DNA of 64,000 nucleotides from Eledone cirrhosa. Lineage: Eukaryota. The position numbers and the translations under genes were made by a program. Numbering within the stretch: the first letter of the stretch is position 1; every line of letters starts with the position of its first letter. Below are positions 26,089 through 40,622 of the stretch, piece after piece. Below the pieces are notes generated by a model, which saw nothing but the letters and a program-made list of their open reading frames with translations, ran no database searches and was not told the DNA's origin. The stretch covers positions 11,470,001-11,534,000 of the forward strand of contig OZ024754.1 of the NCBI GenBank assembly GCA_964016885.1, in the 5' to 3' direction.

Positions 26089-26289
26089 ATATATATATAC
26101 ATATATATATATATACACACATATATATACACACACATATCATCATCGTTTAACATCTATCTTCCACGATAGCATCTATCTTCCACGCTAGACGGGAAAT
26201 GTCCCAATTGATGCAGGTTTTCTATGGCTGCATGCCCTTCCTAACACCAACCACGTTTACAGTGTGGACTGGGAGGTTTTTACCATGTT

Positions 26290-26928
26290 ACCTACACGGC
26301 CATATTACAGCGTGGACTGTGTGTTTTTTGTCGTGACACCTACACGGCCACATTACAGCGTGGACTGTGTGTTTTTTGTCGTGACACCTACACGGCCACA
26401 TTACAGCGTGGACTGTGTGTTTTTTGTCGTGACACCTACACGGCCACATTACAGCGTGGACTGTGTGTTTTTTGTCGTGACACCTACACGGCCACATTAC
26501 AGCGTGGACTGTGTGTTTTTTGTCGTGACACCTACACGACCTCATTACAGCGTGGACTGTGTGTTTTTTGTCGTGACACCTACACGGCCACATTACAGCG
26601 TGGACGGTGTGTTTTTTGTCGTGACACCTACACGGCCACATTACAGCGTGGACTGTGTGTTTTTTGTCGTGACACCTACACGGCCACATTACAGCGTGGA
26701 CTGTGTGTTTTTTGTCGTGACACCTACACGGCCACATTACAGCGTGGACTGTGTGTTTTTTGTCGTGACACCTACACGGCCACATTACAGCGTGGATGGT
26801 GTGTTTTTTGTCGTGACACCTACACGGCCACATTACAGCGTGGACTGTGTGTTTTTTGTCGTGACACCTACACGGCCACATTACAGCGTGGACTGTGTGT
26901 TTTTTGTCGTGTCACCTACACGACCTCA
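26290..26928. repeat. 48-bp minisatellite (~13 copies) amplified from a SINE internal segment
   Basis: Unit acctacacggccacattacagcgtggactgtgtgttttttgtcgtgac; an unamplified form is at 47955-48018. Confidence 0.95.
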
Positions 26929-27152
26929 TTAGTTTGGACTGGATGTTGTGGTACCAACATAACTTTGCAGAGAAAGGGTCTAGTTGGTGAGAGTGGGGCG
27001 ATGGAGTAGGGCTAGTAGGTTGGGGTGTATATTTGGTTAAGAAGTGTCTACTGACTGTAGGTTTCACTTTGTACTTAGGCAAGGCAGGTCTTCTGTATTA
27101 CTGCGTGGCACCAAAGATCTCGGTCCAGTGACATTGTCTTAGAGAGGTGCAA

Positions 27153-27192
<40 letters not shown>

Positions 27193-27451
27193 ATATATAT
27201 ATAAACATATATAAACATGTATATATATATATAAACATATATATATATAAACATATATATATAAACATATATATATATATACATATAAACATATATATAA
27301 ATATATATATATAAATATATATATAAACATATATATATATATGTGTGTATATATATACCCACTTGCATCTCTCTAAGACAATGTCACTGGACCGAGATAT
27401 ATATATATATATCTCGGTCCAGTGACATTTTCTTAGAGAGGTGCAAGTGTG

Positions 27452-27505
<54 letters not shown>

Positions 27506-27517
27506 TGTTTATATATA

Positions 27518-27589
<72 letters not shown>

Positions 27590-27599
27590 TGTTTATATA

Positions 27600-27631
<32 letters not shown>

Positions 27632-27665
27632 AAGACATATATGTTTATATATATATGTGTGTATA

Positions 27666-27723
<58 letters not shown>

Positions 27724-27928
27724 TATGTATATATATATATGTATATGTATATATATGTATATATATATATGTATATATATATGTCTATATATATGTATAT
27801 ATATATGTGTATATATATACACACTTGCACCTCTCTAAGAGAATGTCACTGGACCGAGAGATATATATATATATATATATACATATATATATGTTTATAT
27901 ATATATATATGTTTATATATATATATAT

Positions 27929-27975
<47 letters not shown>

Positions 27976-28238
27976 GGTCCAGTGACATTGTCTTAGAGAG
28001 GTGCAAGTGTATATATATATACACATATATATATACATATATATATGCAGTTCCACACTGTAAATGTGGTTGGTGTTAGGAAGGGCATCCAGCTGTAGAA
28101 AACCTGCCAGATAGTCCTATATGAGCGAGATACGGTCACCCGACCAACCTTGCCTCAAGTGGGACAACTCCCGTCTAACCCATGCTAGCATGGAAGATAG
28201 ACGTTAAACGAAGATGATGATGATATATACATATATAT

Positions 28239-28269
<31 letters not shown>

Positions 28270-28500
28270 TACACATATATATATATATATATACACATAT
28301 ATATATATATACACATATATATATATATAAACATATATATATGTATATGTATATATATATACACACACATATATATATAAACATATATATATTTAAATAT
28401 ATATATAAATACACACATATATATCTAAATATATATATATATATATATATACATATATACACACACACACATATATATCTAAATATATATATATATATAT

Positions 28501-28808
28501 TAGAAAGTGAGGTTTTTTTTACAAATTGAAAAATAACCGAGGTGTCCTACACGAGTGAAAGTATAAAGAAAAAGAGATGAAATCGAAAATGCAACTGGAG
28601 TCTTATTTTTAAAAAATATATATATATTTATTTGGTTCCTTTACCGGTTTCGCAGTTCTTCTGCTTTTCAAAGGTAGAGTTGAGATGGAGGGTCTGTGGT
28701 TTTTCTCACATCAGAAGAACTGCGAAACCGGTAAAGGAACCAAATAAATATATATATTTTTTTAAAAAATAAGACTCCAGTTGCATTTTCGATTTCCTCT
28801 CTTTTTCT
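28501..28808. mobile_element. Family F fold-back element in (TA)n; second copy at 48152-48398 with the interior inverted
   Basis: Shared 5' end TAGAAAGTGAGGTTTTTTTTACAAA; internal inverted repeats. Confidence 0.75.
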
Positions 28809-28832
28809 ATATATATATATATACATATATAT

Positions 28833-28921
<89 letters not shown>

Positions 28922-29319
28922 CATATACATGTGTGTGTGTATATATGTATACACACATACATATATATATATATACGCATACATATATATATACATCATC
29001 ATCACCATTTTACATCCATTCTTCCCCGCTAGCATGAGTTAGACGGATTGTCCTGCCGTGAGCAGTGTCCGGTCGGCTGACCTTGTCTTTCTCATACGGG
29101 AACTGATTCTGGCTTCATTTCTACAGCTGGATGCCCTTCCTAACACCAACCTCATTTACAGTGAGTGCTGGGTACTTTTTTCCGTGGCGCCTACACGTCC
29201 ACTTTACAGTGTGGGCTGGACGCTTTTTTGCCATGGCACCTCCACGACCACTTTGCAGTGGGAGGGTGTGGGGCATATTGTCTATATGCTTCAGCTTCAG
29301 CTTGTACCCGTGAGGGGTC

Positions 29320-30750
29320 AAGTCTTCTGTATTACGGCATGACGCCAGATGTCATAGTCGTGTGTCATCGCCTTTGAGAGGTATAATTGGGTAAGGTCGG
29401 CTTTTATCACATCATCCCAGGTCTTCTTGGGTCTCCCTACTCTGCGGTTTCCATTGACTTCTAGTGCTCTGCACCTTTTTATGCAGCTGTCATCCTTCAT
29501 ACGCATCACATGTCCATACCAACGCAACCGCCTCTCCTGCACACAGCATTTGATTCCTCTTATGCTCAGTCTCTCTCTCAATTCATTTATGCTTTGCCGT
29601 TCGCGTATATTACTATTACACATCCATCGGAGCATGCAGGCTTTGTTTCTTTCTAATCTACGCAAATCTTCCACAGACAGCGCCCGGGTCTCACTACCAT
29701 GTAACATTGCTGTTCGTATACACGCATCATACAGACTGCCTTTCATTTTGAGGGAAAAGCCTTTTGCAGCTAGCAGTGGCTCCCTGAACTTCTTCCATCC
29801 CGTTCTTACCCTAGTTATTGTACTTTCCGAACACTCACCTCTGCTGCTAATTCGGTCATCTAGGTAGCAGAAGCTGTCTACTGTTTCTACAGAGCCCTCC
29901 CAGAGATTGGTGGTACTTGTTTCCTGCTTGCTGTCCCAGCTCAGCTGCTACATGTGAAGCCTACATTCTTAGTTAAGCTTCCTGAGATCCCGCTACATCT
30001 CTTGTGTACCCATTGTTTGCATTTGGAGCAGAGAATGGATTTCCTACCTACACCTTTCCTACATATTGAGCAAGGCCATTTCCCTGAGGGAATCTGGGTT
30101 CTGTTTTCTCGTCTACTTACAAGGATCTTAGTCTTTGTCAGGTTGACTTTGAGACCCTTTCTTTCTAGTCCCTGCTTCCAAGTTTGGAATTTCTTCTCTA
30201 GTTCTACCATAGATTCAGCTATAAGTACGAGGTCATCAGCATACAGGAGTTCCCATGGGCATCCGGTCTTAAACTCCTCCGTTATTGCCTGCAGGACTAT
30301 GATGAACAGGAGAGGGCTAAGAACAGAGCCCTGGTGGACACCGACCTGTACGCTAAATTCCTCGCTATACTCATTGCTAATCCTAACTTTGCTGACTGCT
30401 CCCCTATACATAGCTTGTATAACTTTCACAAGCCATTCATCTACTCCTAGTTTTTTCTAAGAGCCCACCAGATTATAGCACGGGGAACTCTGTCAAAGGC
30501 TTTCTCAAGATCGACGAATGCCAGGTAGAGTGGCTTACTTTTAGCTAGGTACTTTTCCTGTAACTGCCTCACAAGGAAGAGAGCATCAGTGGTGCCTCTT
30601 CCTGGCACAAACCCAAATTGCATCTCATCCAGTTTCACTCGGTCCCTAATCAACTGTGCTATAACTCTCTCTGTTACTTTCATGATCTGGTCCATCAACC
30701 TTATACCTCTATAGTTTCTTCTGTCTAGTGCATCACCTTTACCTTTGTAT
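29320..30750 (-). mobile_element. RTE-clade LINE, truncated and degenerate RT
   Basis: QFGFVPGRGTTDA, AFVDLEKAFDRV, GVHQGSVLSPLLF, LLYADD, RRLRWYGHV; frameshifts. Confidence 0.92.
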
Positions 30751-30760
30751 GCATCACCTT

Positions 30761-30820
<60 letters not shown>

Positions 30821-31290
30821 GTGTGTGTGTGTCTGTATCATCATCATCATCATTTAATGTCTATCTTCCACGCTAGCATGGGTTAGACGGGAATTAACCC
30901 ACTTGAGGCAAGATTGGTCAAGTGACCATGTCTCGCTCGTATAGGACTATATCTGGCAGGCTTTCTACGGATGGATGCCCTTCCTAACACCAACCACATT
31001 TACAGTGTGGACTGGGAGCCTTTTTACCGTCTCTCCTACATGACCACTTTACAGCGTGGACTGGGTGCTTTTTGTTGTGACACCTACATGACCACTTTAG
31101 TGTGGACTGTATATATAAATATATATATATATATATATCATCATCTTAAGTCCGCTTTACCCTGCTTGCAAGGGTTGGACGGGTCCTATTCAGCACAGCA
31201 TCTCTCTCCACTTGTCACAGTCCTTCGTCGTCTCCACCTTGAGTTTCAGCGATCTGAGGGCTGCTTTCACTACCTCCGCCCATGTTTTAA

Positions 31291-31321
<31 letters not shown>

Positions 31322-31337
31322 TATGTATATATATATT

Positions 31338-31860
31338 AGCAGCAGAGGTGGGTGTTCTAGAAATACAGTAGCCACAGTCAGAACAGAATGGAAGAAGTTC
31401 AGGGAGCTACTACCACTGCTTGCTACAAAAGGCTTTTCCTTCAAAATGAAAGGTAGACTGTACGATGCATGCATACAAACAGCAATGTTGCATGGTAGTG
31501 CATCTACTTCTGTATATTAGAAAGAAATAAAGCTTGCATGTTCTGATGGATGCGTAATAATAATATAAGTGAATGGCAAAGCAAAAACGAACTGAGAGAG
31601 AAACTAGGCATAATAGGAATCTGATGTAGGGTGCAGGAGAGGAGACTGCGTTGGTATGGACATGTGATGCATATGAAGGATGACAGCTGTATAAAAATTG
31701 TGGAGAGCGTTTAAAGTTGATGAAAGCCATGGAGTGGGGAGACCCAGGAAGACTTGGGATGAAGTGATAAAAGCTGACCTTGCTCAACTGCACCTCTCAA
31801 AGATGATGATAGAGCACCAAGGTCTCTGGCGCGTTATGCAGTAATATAGAAGAGCTGCCT
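31338..31860 (+). mobile_element. RTE LINE 3' fragment (same family as 29320-30750)
   Basis: WKKFRELLPLL, KGRLYDACI, RRLRWYGHV. Confidence 0.8.
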
Positions 31861-32800
31861 TCCCATGAGCACAGGCCGAAGCATATATATGGTATGCACC
31901 ATTTTCACCTCACCCCACCACACCCTTCCATACATCTCCCATGTGGACAAGCTGAAGCATACATCTAGTGAAGCCTGCAGCCCACACTGTATTGTGGTTG
32001 TGATGGCGACACAGCAAAAAGCGCCCAGCCCATACTGTAAAGCGGTCCTGATGGCGACACAGCAAAAAGCATCCAGGTCACACTGTAAAGTGGTCAAGTA
32101 GGTGTCACGATAAAATGTAGTTGGCATTAGGAATGACATCCAGCTGTAGAAACCAAGCCAAAATCAGAGAAAAAAAACCTTCTACTGAAACAATTGCAAG
32201 AATTAAACTATATAAAAACATATTCCCACCATCTTTATTGCGTGCGTCTGTGTGTGTGTTTCTAACTATTGTGACCCTCAAATGATTTCGTTTCCATATA
32301 ACTTTCTCAATAAAGCATTTTTTGCAGAGATATATTTTCGTAATCGTAGATTACGCTTATGTTTATCAATAGTCATTTTTATCACTCACGGAAATTACCG
32401 AAAGTTTTCTGTGCTCATAAAACGAAGGAATTACTTCGTTAGGTAATAAAATAAGAATCTAGTGATGAACAGATTACTAATGTGAATGGGTGTGTCTTTA
32501 TTTACTAACCATTATCTATAGAACAAAAAACTTGTCCATTTTGTAAATAAGTGTTTAAACATTAAAGGAAGTACTTAGACAAAACTGTTTTTCTTTACAA
32601 AAAGATGTCTACAGCCGCCACATATCCTGCTTCATGTCTTAATAAATAGCTTTAAATAAAATTCCCATAGCTAGAAGTTACTTCTGTAATAATTTTTCGT
32701 ATTATTGTTTGAATATAATATAACATACATACATATTAAGACTGTTCAGACATTGTTTTTTTTTTTGTCATATTTATCTACTTAGTTAATATATTTCGTA

Positions 32801-32855
<55 letters not shown>

Positions 32856-32989
32856 TCCTGTGTTTTGTTCGTTCATTTTCAACTATATATATATATATAA
32901 ACACACACTTACATATACAACTTGTGTGTGTGTATGTATGTACAAATATATGTCTTCCTCAGTTGTTGGGAATATGCCACATTTCCTTC

Positions 32990-34065
32990 AGACCTCCGAG
33001 ATGCAATCATCATTACCGATTATAAGAACAAAGGCAGACTGCTCCAACTATAGAGGCATCACCCTGCCCTCCACCGCAGGAAATATCCTGGCCCCAATAC
33101 TGCTCAACAGTCTGACATCTATCATTGCTGAGGACCATTTTCCTGAGAGCCAGTGCGGCTTTAGAGCAAACCAAGGCACCATGGACATGGTGTTTGCCTT
33201 GAGGCAGCTCCAGGAGAAATGTCGTAAACAAAAAAGAGGTATGTTTATTACCTTCATTGACCTGACGAAAGTTACTGACACCGTGAGCAGAAAAGGACTG
33301 TGGAAAATTCTGAAAAAGCTGGGCTGCCCACCAAAGTTCCTCATCATGATAGCCCAGATCCATGACAGACAGCTTGGTAGCGTCAGACTTAATAGCGTGA
33401 AACAGGGTTGCGTTCTCGTTCCAACTCTGTTCTCCTTATTTTTCAGCCCGATGCTGAAACAAGCCATGAAAGTTCTGCATGGGGACGAGAGGTTTTTCAT
33501 TAGATTTTGCACTGATAGAAGCCTCTTCAACCTGCGGCGGTTGCAGGCACATACCAAGACCACTGAAAACTAATCCGAGAGTTCCTGTTTGCTGACGATG
33601 CTGCACTTGTTGAGCACAATGAAAGAGCCATGCAACGCCGAACCTCATGCTCTGCAGGCACTTCTGATCTCTTTAGCCTGGAGGTCAGCTTGAAGAATAC
33701 TGAAGTCTTCTACTAACCTGCTCCCCAAGTTATATACCATCCACCAAACATTTCCATCAAGCAGGCAAAGCTGAATGCTGTGCAACAATTTTGGTATCTT
33801 GGAAGTGTCATTTCTGTCGACACTAGAATTGATAAGGAATTGGACAACAGACTAACCAAAGACAGCAGAGCCTTCGGGAGATTAAACAAGATGGTGTGGA
33901 GAAACAATAACCTCAAAACAGAGACAAAACTCGGAGTCTACAGGGCCGTAGTTCTTACCATCCTCTTATATGGCTCTGAGAGATGGGTCTTGTATCACTG
34001 TCGTACCCGTCACTTGGAGAGATTTCATCAACGCCGTCTGCGTAGCATACTAAACTATCAGAAGA
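32990..34065 (+). mobile_element. RTE/BovB-like LINE RT fragment
   Basis: NYRGITL, PESQCGFR, VKQGCVLVPTLF, FADD, YLGS; stops and frameshifts. Confidence 0.9.
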
Positions 34066-34556
34066 TAGAATGAGAAATAAAAGATAAAATAGAAAGAAAG
34101 ATAGAAGAGGAAGGAACGGGAAATAATCTTTGAGAAAAACACGTTTGGATTCAGTTATCTATTTTTGAGAAATGTATATATATCCGTCGGTAATTTTTTA
34201 TAATTTTCACACACAAACATACACACAATACATTCCCTGCATCAATCATGTTTCTATAATAACATGTTCACTTTCCAGTCACAAGTTCATGGATTCTATT
34301 CTTACATTTATCCATGTAAATAGTTATTTCTTCAAAGTTTCTCATACATTTAATCCTGTATGTCAAATGCTTTGAACATTTATCTAATTATATTCTAGAA
34401 ATAGATTATCAAAATATAATTCTCATCATTAATCATTTCCACATGTCAGTAACTGACATAAACTAAAGGGTTTCTCTTATGCAAAACACAAATTTCCCAG
34501 TTTGTATGATTGTTTATATATCCAAATATCCTGGTATATATGGCATAGCAATTAAC

Positions 34557-34593
<37 letters not shown>

Positions 34594-34674
34594 GGTAAAC
34601 AGAAATAACAATACAATCGGTACAGTATATGGAAGGTATATATTAGGTTAACGCTTGGTATAGCAGGAAGAGGA

Positions 34675-34710
34675 TTTTAACGTTTCGGACGTTAGTGCTT
34701 CATCAGAAGA
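34675..34710 (-). ncRNA. Minimal hammerhead ribozyme (family A, degenerate)
   Basis: Reverse complement: CTGATGA agcactaacgtcc GAAA cg TT. Confidence 0.55.
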
Positions 34711-36604
34711 AAGAATGAGAAATAAAATTGATTAAGGGGATGGGCGGGATGGAATTGGAAAAAATGTCTTTAGATGAAAAATAACAGGTCCAATCATATA
34801 TATATATATATATATATATATGCATTTCGGTGAGTAGAAAAGGCGAAACGAAACGCAAAAATCAGAATTATGCTGGCAAGCGCTCCATAGTTTTAAAAAA
34901 CCAGAGCTAAACAATATGTTAAAACGCCATACACACTGAAAAATGGTCAAGAAAGCATTAACCACCTAAGCCAAAAAGCAAATCAAGCTAAACAGGTCAA
35001 AACAAAATAAATGATTAAAAAAAAACAGACCTGGACCCATTGGAATTGATGGTAAAATCCAAATGCAGGGTTTCTATGACACCTAAATCAATAATACTGT
35101 CTGCTTAAATATTTGAAAAAAAAACCCGAAAAGAATGACTTCACTTGTAGTTCTAAACAATTTAATGTTATAACATTACAATTTTACTTTGTAGATCTAC
35201 AAAGCAAAATTTTTAAATTGTAATATTATAAAATTAAATTGTTTAGAACTACAAGTGAAGTCATTCTTTTCCTTTTTTTTTACAAATATACGTAACTGTA
35301 CCAAGGATATCACATTTTCCTATATATATATTGGCTTCTTGCTACAATACTTTCTATACCTTTCATTTATATATATGTGTGTGTGTGTGTACACGAGAGT
35401 CGACTGAAAAGTTCATAGGCTGACTATGAAGGAGTGATGCTAGAGCTGTGTAATCTTGCATACATTAATACATTAATTTCAACTCTTCTTATTAATAACT
35501 GCATTGTTTCTTTCCAGGAACTATGTTGAAAAATAAACCCTATTTGGTCATTCCATGAAAGTATGTTGGTTGCCCCTTCGTTATTGAATATGGCAATTGC
35601 ACGATATAACATTATTAATAATTATCAATTAATGCTATCGTGCAATGCCTGTGCGTGAAGATTTTTTTTTTTAAGTGAGGAAAGACTGTGCACTGAGCCA
35701 ATCCCACTGTCTGAGCGACAGTAGCTATAACCCGAAAAGAAGAAAAGATCGTCATCAACGGTAACAACTGAGCCACAGGTTTTATGTCGGAGTTATCCCA
35801 GATCCTGAGTTGCCTTCTCCTAGAAGAATGCCCTGACAAAGGCTAGGGGTCCTTCACTCCCAGTGGTTTAACCGTGCGATCGGGGTATCCAGCCCGATTA
35901 TTTCTATGTCCCTGCGCATATATACATACGTATATACATAATTATACATTTTTGGATGGCCATTGACTCTTATGAATTCTTCCGCCCTTTGTCAGGTTTT
36001 GTGTTTTGTCCTACAGAGTGTCCAAAATCACCTCCCTCGCCAACTAAACTTGGTGGGGCTGCCGGTTTAGTCGTCGGCGACCCGACCATACGACAGGTTG
36101 CACTGGGTTACATATTACCAGTAGCACCCGAGAGTGACCCGACATAAGGGGGTTACGTTCCTTGAGTACCTGCGAATATTGGACGTGGTCCATAAAAATG
36201 CCTATAAACGTCAAAATATAAAGTAAAATATGATAATAAAAAAGGGAGCGTCGAATAGGCCGGCAAATACGCTATATTGTTATTAATAATTTAGCGTTAA
36301 AAATATATATATTGCCACGAAAGAAGCCATTAAAAAAATCGGGGAAGATTATACGATCCCGCGAATATGCGGTGGTTTCCACGAACAATTATTAGTTAGG
36401 TTCTAAGGTAAATTCCGCGAATGCCGGGGGTACACTGTGTATATAGACATGTGTGTGTTGGTGTATTTTCATCTCGTCTCTCACACTGCCTTGAATAGCA
36501 CACAATGACTAACATATATACGTATGTGTATATGTAACAAAACAGACATTATCACTGGCAACTGTTCACAGGAAACTAGTTAGTTAATAGTTACAACGAC
36601 CATT

Positions 36605-36846
36605 GCTAACTTTATACTTCCTCTAAGTCACTGTCCTAACTAAATCTTATAAAGGCGGTTTTTAATAATTGTTTCCACTTTTGGCACAAGGCCAGCAATT
36701 ACCCAGTGCATTACTTGTACTTTATTTTATCGACCCCGTAAGGATGAAAGGCAAAGTCAACCTCGGCGGGATTTGAACTCAGACCGTAAAGGGACGTAAC
36801 TATGCTGGAAAGCATGGCGTCCGACCCTCTACCGATACTGCCAATT
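36605..36846 (-). mobile_element. Family 1 SINE
   Basis: Same core. Confidence 0.8.
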
Positions 36847-37427
36847 AATAATGTTATTTTAAACATACGCGGTCGTAAAATATTTTGTTTTTGAATTTTA
36901 AAAAATTTACTATCTTAACTCTCTCTCATTACAATATTTCATACGAAAGACATTAAAGACCCAGGGGTAGACCCTGAGCAAGATGGCTAGATAACATCCA
37001 CGAGCTCAACTAGTCTCGCTTGTGGATCCAACTGGATCAATTGGAGACAGTTGCTTCTGACGGGACTTGCTGGAAGGAGTGTTTGAGGACTCCTGCCCCC
37101 ACGACCCTGTCAGGAATAAGTGGACGAAGAAGATCTCATTATTGTGAATATAAATTACAGGTTCTTACAAATCATCCTCATGAAAGGTTTTAAAAATAAA
37201 TCTGTACCATTGAACTTCTTCAGCTTCCATTCTTTTACTCTTTTACCTGTTCCAGCCATCCAGCTGAGGCCATGCTGGGGCACTGCCCTTGAGTTTTACC
37301 TGAGTTTTCCTAACCTCGAGAAAATCTGGCATTATATCTCCTCCAAAACATGAACCTACGTAGGGACTTAACAGAGCAGGTACCTAATTATTTAGTGCAC
37401 TAAGTTAGTCGTGCAATGTGTCTAATT

Positions 37428-37642
37428 CTCCCAGTAATGTGTCCCATTCCTCCCAGTAATGTGTCCCATTCTCCCAGTTACATGTCCCATTTATCCCAGT
37501 TACATGTCCCATTTCTCCCAGTTACATGTCCCATTTATCCCAGTTACATTTCCCATTTATCCCAGTTACATGTCCCATTCCTCCCAGTAATGTGTCACAT
37601 TTTCCCAGTTACATGTCCAATTTCTCCCATTTATGCGTCCCA
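37428..37642. repeat. 21-bp minisatellite
   Basis: Unit tcccagttacatgtcccattt[a/c] and variants. Confidence 0.85.
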
Positions 37643-37891
37643 TTTTGTATAAAACTGTGATCCTTTAATTCACTAATTTGCCCCACTAAAGTATGTGTCA
37701 TAGGAGGCTGCCTAGTGGGCCTAAGAGTAGTGCCAACAACGTATATAGTCGTTTTATATGGAGGGAAGGTCTTCAACATAGAGTTTTTGGTTTTTGTTTG
37801 TTTATTTTTTAAATAGCATGAGAAGTTTGAGAACCACCTAACTGTATTAGATGCAGGCCCACGGCACTGATTTCTTAATACAGGTACAGAA

Positions 37892-38753
37892 CCAACAGTT
37901 TGAAGGCTGGACATAACAATTTAGTCCTTCACCCATCCATCCAACAGTTTGAAGGCTGGACATAACAATTTAGTCCTTCACCCATCCACCCAACAGTTTG
38001 AAGGCTGGACATAACAATTTAGTCCTTCACCCATCCACCCAACAGTTTGAAGGCTGGACATAACAATTTAGTCCTTCATCCATCCACCCACCCAACAGTT
38101 TGAAGGCTGGACATAACAATTTAGTCCTTCACCCATCCACCCACCCAATAGTTTGAAGGCTGGACATAACAATTTAGTCCTTCACCCATCCACCCACCCA
38201 ACAGTTTGAAGGCTGGACATAACAATTTAGTCCTTCATCTATCCACCCACCCAATAGTTTAAAGGCTGGACATAACAATTGAGTCCTTCATCCATCCATC
38301 CACCCAAAAGTTTAAAGGCTGGACATAACAATTTAGTCCTTCATCCACCCAATAGTTTGAAGGCTGGGCATAACAATTTAGTCCTTCATCCATCCATCCA
38401 CCCAATAGTTTAAAGGCTGGACATAACAATTTAGTCCTTCACCCATCCACCCACCCAACAGTTTGAAGGCTGGACATAACAATTTAGTCCTTCATCCATC
38501 CACCCACCCAATAGTTTAAAGGCTGGACATAACAATTTAGTCCTTCATCAATCCAACAGTTTAAAGGCTGGACATAACAATTTAGTCCTTCATCCATCCA
38601 ACAGTTTGAAGGCTGGGCATAACAAATTAGTCCTTCACCCATCCACCCAATAGTTTGAAGGCTGGACATAACAATTTAGTCCTTCATCCATCCATCCACC
38701 CAATAGTTTAAAGGCTGGACATAACAATTTAGTCCTTCATCCATCCACCCATC
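37892..38753. repeat. ~46-54 bp minisatellite (~17 copies)
   Basis: aacagtttgaaggctggacataacaatttagtccttca followed by variable (ccat/ccac)n. Confidence 0.95.
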
Positions 38754-39074
38754 TGAAAAACTCAACATTGTTCACTTATTTTTTTTAATACTGGTTTCTG
38801 ATTTAGACACAAGGCCAACAATTTTTTGAGGAGGGGAAAGTTGATTAAATCGACCCCAGTGGTAACTTGGTACTTTATAGACCCCGTAAGGATGAAAGGC
38901 AAAGCTAACCTCAGCAGGATTTGAAATGAGAATGTAAAAGGCCGTAATTAAATACTGCAAAGCATTTTGTTTGACGCTCTACCGATTCTGCCAATCCACC
39001 AAATAATGCACATTTTTCTCTTTCAATGAAATTTTGCAGAAATATATTTTCAAGAGAAGGGATATTTGTACTAG

Positions 39075-39300
39075 ACTAAATCTAAATCTCGATGGGCTGG
39101 CCATGTCTTTCATCTCAGAGACAACTGGTGGACTATTAGAATGACAGAGTGGACACCAAAGCAGTGGAGAAGAACTGGAGGGCAGCCAAAGGCCAGATAG
39201 TGTGAGAATTTGACCTGATGCCTTGGCCCCCACATGGTCGAGTATGGCCAGAGATAGGAAACAGTGAGGGTCAACCGGGGTCAGGCTCCTCCATCAGGAA
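39075..39300 (+). mobile_element. RTE-like LINE 3' fragment
   Basis: SRWAGHV..WTIRMTEWTP. Confidence 0.6.
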
Positions 39301-39450
39301 TGAGAAGGCTCTGGATTTAGAAATGTAAGCATGAAGAAGGAAAGGTTAGTCGATATTCCACAAACGCCAGGTATGAAGATGGATCCAGTAGAAAAGTTTG
39401 TCCAAGAATCAAAGTCCACATGGAATGAGAGGAAATATTTTAACTCCTTT

Positions 39451-39686
39451 GATACCAAACTGTCCCTGGTTCTACGATACCAACCTGCCACTGGTTCTAG
39501 GATACCAACCTGCCACTGGTACTACAATACCAAACTACCCCTGGTTCTACAATACCAAACTGTCCCTGGTTCTACAATACCAAACTGTCCCTGGTTCTAC
39601 AATACCAAACTGTCCCTGGTTCTACAATACCAAACTGTCCCTGGTTCTACAATACCAAACTGTCCCTGGTTCTATGATACCAAACT
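39451..39686. repeat. 25-bp minisatellite
   Basis: Unit taccaaactgtccctggttctacaa. Confidence 0.9.
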
Positions 39687-40505
39687 ATTTTGAAGTTTTT
39701 GTCATCATCATTTAACATTGATCCCTACTAGCAAGGGTTGGTTGGATGGGTTTGTCACAGACTGAGTCAGTACTCAAGTGGAGAAAATGAACTCTTAGAT
39801 GAGGGGTCCTGCATCATGTTTCCATACATTCTCATCTTCATCAGGTGTTATTTGCAGAATTATGTAAAAGGATTACATTAATAGAAAGTAGAAAATAGAA
39901 AATTTGATTCTGGGACATCCTGGAAATATGGTGTTATATTGGGGACCGTCTGCTATCGATATAGCAGGCTGTCTCCAAATCAAATTTTCTATATATATAT
40001 TATATATATATATATTATATATATCGACTATTGAAGTGAAATCCAAACAGGTGTATGTGTTTTTATTGGCAGCATGACCCTCCCAAAGTATGACTGTGTG
40101 TGTGTGTGGTATTTTACTGTGTGTGTGGTATTAGGAAAAATGAACCTTGATTTTACATCATCATCATCATTTTACGTCCGCTTTTTTCCTGCTTGCAAGG
40201 GTGGGACGGGAACTGATTCTGGCTTGATTTCTACAGCTGGATGCCCTTCCTAACACCAACCTCATTTACAGTGAGTGCTGGGTGCTTTTTTGCCGTGGCA
40301 CCTCCACGACCACTTTGCAGTGGAATGATAGGGACCCCAGTCCCTATCATCTCATTTCTACAGCTGAGTAAACTGGAACAATGTGAAATAAAGTGTCTTG
40401 CTCAAGGAAACAACACATCACCCGGTCTGAGAATTGAACTCACAACCTTTCGATTGCAAGACCAATGGTCTAACCACTAAGCCATGTGCCTTCATATATA
40501 TTTAC

Positions 40506-40538
<33 letters not shown>

Positions 40539-40622
40539 AAAGGTAAACAGAAATAACAACACAATCGGTACAGTATATGGAAGGTGTATATTAGGTTAAC
40601 GCTTTATATAGCAGGAAGAGGG

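Noticed and set aside
26264-26932. Regular array resembling CRISPR, and repetitive ORFs
   Set aside because: Head-to-tail identical units with no unique spacers; eukaryotic context; no cas genes.
25827-28529. Many YI/IY-rich ORFs
   Set aside because: Translations of (TA)n and (CA)n.
37892-38753. Constant 38-bp repeat with variable short spacers, CRISPR-like
   Set aside because: Spacers are only (ccat/ccac)n slippage variants.
39808-39850. Hammerhead on minus strand (CTGATGA...GAAAcatg)
   Set aside because: No stem II pairing and no UH site with stem I.
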